DNA from: Eukaryota sp. GEM-RC1 | Taxonomy: Eukaryota | DNA: 64,000 nucleotides | Assembly (NCBI GenBank): GCA_040285855.1 | Contig: JAUFOQ010000002.1 | Coordinates: forward strand, 1,488,001-1,552,000 | Direction of reading: 5' to 3' | Shown: positions 60,345-64,000 of the stretch, in pieces | How positions within the stretch are numbered: the stretch's first letter is position 1 | How the letters are laid out: each line of letters opens with the position of its first letter | The notes under the pieces: generated by a model | The model's database searches: none | What the model was told of the DNA's origin: nothing | The model's input: only the letters and a program-made list of their open reading frames with translations | Program-made: the position numbers and the translations under genes

Positions 60345-60959
60345 CAGGGTTGGGAAAACAATACGGCAATAAATATAAACATTTTTTAGCCACAAAATAA
60401 ATATTGCAATTCTGAAATAGTGCCAATAAATATTGCAACAATACGAATCATATTCTGTATTTATTACAAAACACCCACATATGCTATTGTTCATCATCGT
60501 CAGAAGTATCCGAAACAATCTCAACTCAATTGTCTAGATCATCGAATTGTTTACTGCTCATGATTAGCTTCATCCTAAACAATGACTGTTTTCTTTCATC
60601 ATCATTTGCATTTCAAGACTGGAGGGCTTAAGAGAAAATCACTTCAAAGGAAAGAATTTACATTGTACGTCAGTGGATAAATAGCTCAAATAATGCACAT
60701 TATGACAATACAACAACTAGAAATCATTACCAATAAAACAACTCTCATTATATTTAAAACACATAAGACAGCAAACCTGGTTTTGGAAGTCCAAATAGTG
60801 ATGCAAAACAACGAAATGAACAACTCGAAGTTTATTGGCCAATGTTGCAATAAATAACCAGTGTAACAATAAATATTGCTCCACCTCAAAGAGCGGAAAT
60901 AAACATTGGAGCAATATTTAATACAGTATTGGAAGAGCAATATTGTTTTCACACCCCTG
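60345..60959. mobile_element. hAT-type MITE (CAATA-subterminal family)
   Basis: TIR CAGGGTTGGGAAAACAATA / TATTGTTTTCACACCCCTG; TSD GCTCTTAT (60337-60344, 60960-60967). Confidence 0.9.
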
Positions 60960-61240
60960 GCTCTTATTATGATATGTATTTTTGTACCCTCCATCAAAAA
61001 ACTGTTTTTCTACAATATACATTGTCCCATCATTTGCCAACTCCGATTGTTTGTGGTTGCTGGTTAAGTCTATTATTAATACAAACAATCCAAGCTTGTA
61101 TGAGGTCAACGATCTTAGTAATAAAATTTGTAACCATTGTTTATATTAATCGATATCTAAGCTATGTATCTGACCTCTAAACAACAAAAACTGTCAACAG
61201 GTCTTAGTTCATAGCTATAGAAAGAGAAACAGTTTTTCAA

Positions 61241-61749
61241 TCTGGGGTGAGAGTTCACAAAACATTGAAGTCAGCAAAATTAAGGTAGATAAAGTTTGTT
61301 TCCTCACAATTGAGATAAGCTAATCGAAACAAGTTGATCATCATGGAAAACAATGGACATTGAGACATACTTAAAAAATAGGTATCCTAGATACCAACTA
61401 TACCAATCAATGAATAGAATTCACTTGTTATCTGAGGTGAGAGGTCACAAAAGGTTGAAGTCAGCAAAATTAAGGTAGATAGAGTTTGTTTCCTCACAAT
61501 TGAGATAAGCTAATCGAAACAAGTGGATCATCAGGGAAAACAATGGACATCGAAACATACTGAACAAATAGGTATCTTGGAATCCAACTATACCAACCAA
61601 GGAATAGAATTCACCGGCTATCTGAGGTGAGAGGTCACAAAACAATAAAGTCAGCCAAATTAAGGTAGATGAAGTTTGTTTCCTCATAATTGAGATAAGC
61701 TAATCGAAACAAGTTGATCATCAGGGAAAACAATGGACATTGAACATAC
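61241..61749. repeat. 190-bp tandem repeat, about 2.7 copies
   Basis: AAGTCAGC(A/C)AAATTAAGGTAGAT at 61268, 61458 and 61648. Confidence 0.92.
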
Positions 61750-61753
61750 AGTG

Positions 61754-62018
61754 CATGAAGAATTGGCAGAACTTCACCCTTGAAAAAAAGAATCTAATGG
61801 GAAAGTTTTCTCCAAAAGACCTAAACTTGATGCCACCGATGTTATCCATAAAGTCCTTGTTGGGACCATCATCTTCACTACAACCACCCACCAGAAAAGT
61901 GTTTTGTCCACTGCATCAAGAGGAGGCTCAAAAAACTATTGCTGTGGATGGACCCTATCAGGGCAAAAGTATCTACAAGTGTACTCAGGAGCCTCCTTGT
62001 GTGTTTTTTATGAAGTGA
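61754..62018 (+). pseudogene. GRF-type zinc-finger fragment
   Basis: CPLH..A......GPYQGKSIYKC....CVFF. Confidence 0.55.
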
Positions 62019-62032
62019 CATGTTTATTGGTA

Positions 62033-62233
62033 CTACCTCTTTTCTTGCCGTTTTTTACTCGGAAGCGTTTCCTCTACTTTATGTTTGCTCTTTTCGACAG
62101 CCTCTTGTACTCTGTGTTGACTTGCTAATGTTGCCTCCTCTGCCTTGTGCTGTGCCTTGTGTATCGCTTCTTCACTTCTGTGTTGGGCTTTGATTCCTGT
62201 TTGCTTAACCTTTTCTGTTTTGGGGTTTGGCAT
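62033..62233 (-). CDS. Small hydrophilic LEA-like protein with four 11-aa repeats
   Basis: KAQHRSEEAIH / KAQHKAEEATL / ASQHRVQEAVE / KSKHKVEETLP. Confidence 0.55.
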   Translation of the reverse strand: MPNPKTEKVKQTGIKAQHRSEEAIHKAQHKAEEATLASQHRVQEAVEKSKHKVEETLPSKKRQEKR

Positions 62234-64000
62234 TCTAAAGGTCTGGAATATACCGTTTCTTTTGCAGTTTTACTTCAGTTGGTAAGGATTTCTTTTTTAG
62301 AGGATTTCTGTTTTGAGGCAATACATTTGATTGAACCCTTATAGAACATTTGAACAATAGATAATTATAATACAGTGGATATCTTCGAATCAACGACTTT
62401 TTGAGGATTACTAAGACCTTTTTTTGGTCAATTCGAAAATTTGCTCCCAAACTTCCATCAAGGTGGCTTTAAGACTGGGACCTGGTGAAACATCTTGTGA
62501 TAGACTATTGCATATGTTGATTGGCGAGGATTGTTTATTTATTATGGGCTAACATTTGGATTCTTGCTGAACTACTCAACAATTCCTAATGAACAAAAGA
62601 TGTTAAAGTTCACTCAGCAACCGCAAAAAATATATATTTATTGCATTGTTTATTGTTTGATCGAACAATACATATATTGTCCAACCAAATATTGCATTGT
62701 ATTGTAGGTTTATTGTGCACAAAAACAATAAACAAGAATACAGTATTTCCGCTTTATTGAAAGCAAACGTCAATCTGAATCATTGTTTTCTACATGTACA
62801 AATTCACTTTCTGCTTTCTGAGTCATAACACATGTCACTATCTGCTGATTTCTGGTAGTAAATGCAAAACTACATTTCGGGACATGGAGATCTGTTCGCA
62901 CGATCAAAGAGAGTTCTATGATCTACTAAAAAAGTTGTCAATGTCTTAACTGGATGAGGGTGTGAACAATAGATCATTTGTGCTGTCTATTTCTTAAGAG
63001 TCTGAGCTCTGTTACTTTCCTTCAAAAATTGCTCAAAAGACATACCGTCAGAAATTTGGGTAACACATACACTTGAAAGGTGTTCGTTCATCCGAGCATT
63101 CCTGATGAACAATTGGGGGTTGCACACCTTCCAATAGTTTGGTTTTATTGAGAAAAACAGTGAAGTTGTGAGATACGTGATTCTTGTTATAGTTGCACAA
63201 AATGATACTACTAGTAGTACGTATTGATTTTATCCAATTAAGTTACAATTTTGATTTGAACAACAATGCTCGTTGGAGAAAGGGTTCGGTCACACGTGTT
63301 GATTACACTTGCAGGTCCATTTGCAAGTGTGATCACCATCACCAACACATCACAGATTATTGAGGGAACACATTGGTTAGTGTTCATTTTTGTGATTTAC
63401 TGATCAAACACTGTACTATAGCTCAAACAGCAGAATGTGACTGTAGTTATGTGATGACCGCATTGAAACGTGGAGCTGATAGTAACAAGTATGTCTGAGT
63501 GTGGTACTGTCTTTTGATCCATGGCACATATATGAACCATCAAATACCATGGTTGAAACGCACTACCACTAACACTGGAATCACCCGTAATGGACGTGCA
63601 TTTGACCGTTACGATTAGATACCAACAGTCTTGGTCTATAGATATGATTCCAGAACAGAACCGCTACAAACCTTTGGAGCATTAAGACTCTAGTTACTAC
63701 ACAGGAATCTCTACTCTGACATCTTTGGTGAATGAAGTTCTTTCAATAACTGATGAATCCTACTGTATTCAATCAATGGGATTTTGTACAGCAATCCTCG
63801 TCATAATAAGTTGAATAATAATATATATTTTTTTGGCAAGTGAACCAATTGTTCCAATGACTTGCTCTCCAACTACCATATTGCTTTTTTCTTACTTTGG
63901 TCATCCTGATTGATGCCAAATGCATCAGCCAGTCTCCTTATCTCTGGAGTAATATGCGCTGCTTCTGTGATATGCAAAAGTATGCCAATAACCATGGATC

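Noticed and set aside
62370..64000. Coding-like decayed sequence and possible TIRs
   Set aside because: No ORF or recognisable motif is sufficient for a call.

Overview
AT-rich, gene-dense eukaryotic (protist-like, probably flagellated) DNA using the standard code, with very short GT-AG introns (30 and 37 nt seen). Many 1-nt frameshifts sit in homopolymers and may be long-read assembly errors. Host genes: degenerate SNM1/Artemis-type nuclease, FAM166/CIMIP2-like, EPG5-like, bacterial-type trehalose synthase TreS, NPL4, RING protein, USP5/13, homeobox, DMAP1/Swc4, UBL fusion, EEF1AKMT4-like methyltransferase, LEA-like peptide. These are interleaved with many transposons: two hAT elements, hAT and pogo MITEs, a MULE nested in a MITE, CRE-like RLE retrotransposon remnants, and a Ty3/Gypsy element with 93-bp LTRs. 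The highlight is three decayed Fanzor1 (eukaryotic TnpB-like RNA-guided nuclease) loci on the minus strand. Two divergent ones (35.0-37.3 kb and 53.9-58.9 kb) share an unusual architecture: conserved TATA-containing upstream motif, leader ORF, 2A/StopGo peptide, Ulp1-type protease (one copy only), then a PolB-type DEDDy 3'-5' exonuclease fused in frame to Fanzor. The complete copy ends in a candidate omegaRNA hairpin. All protein family calls come from motif recognition by eye; no database search was run.
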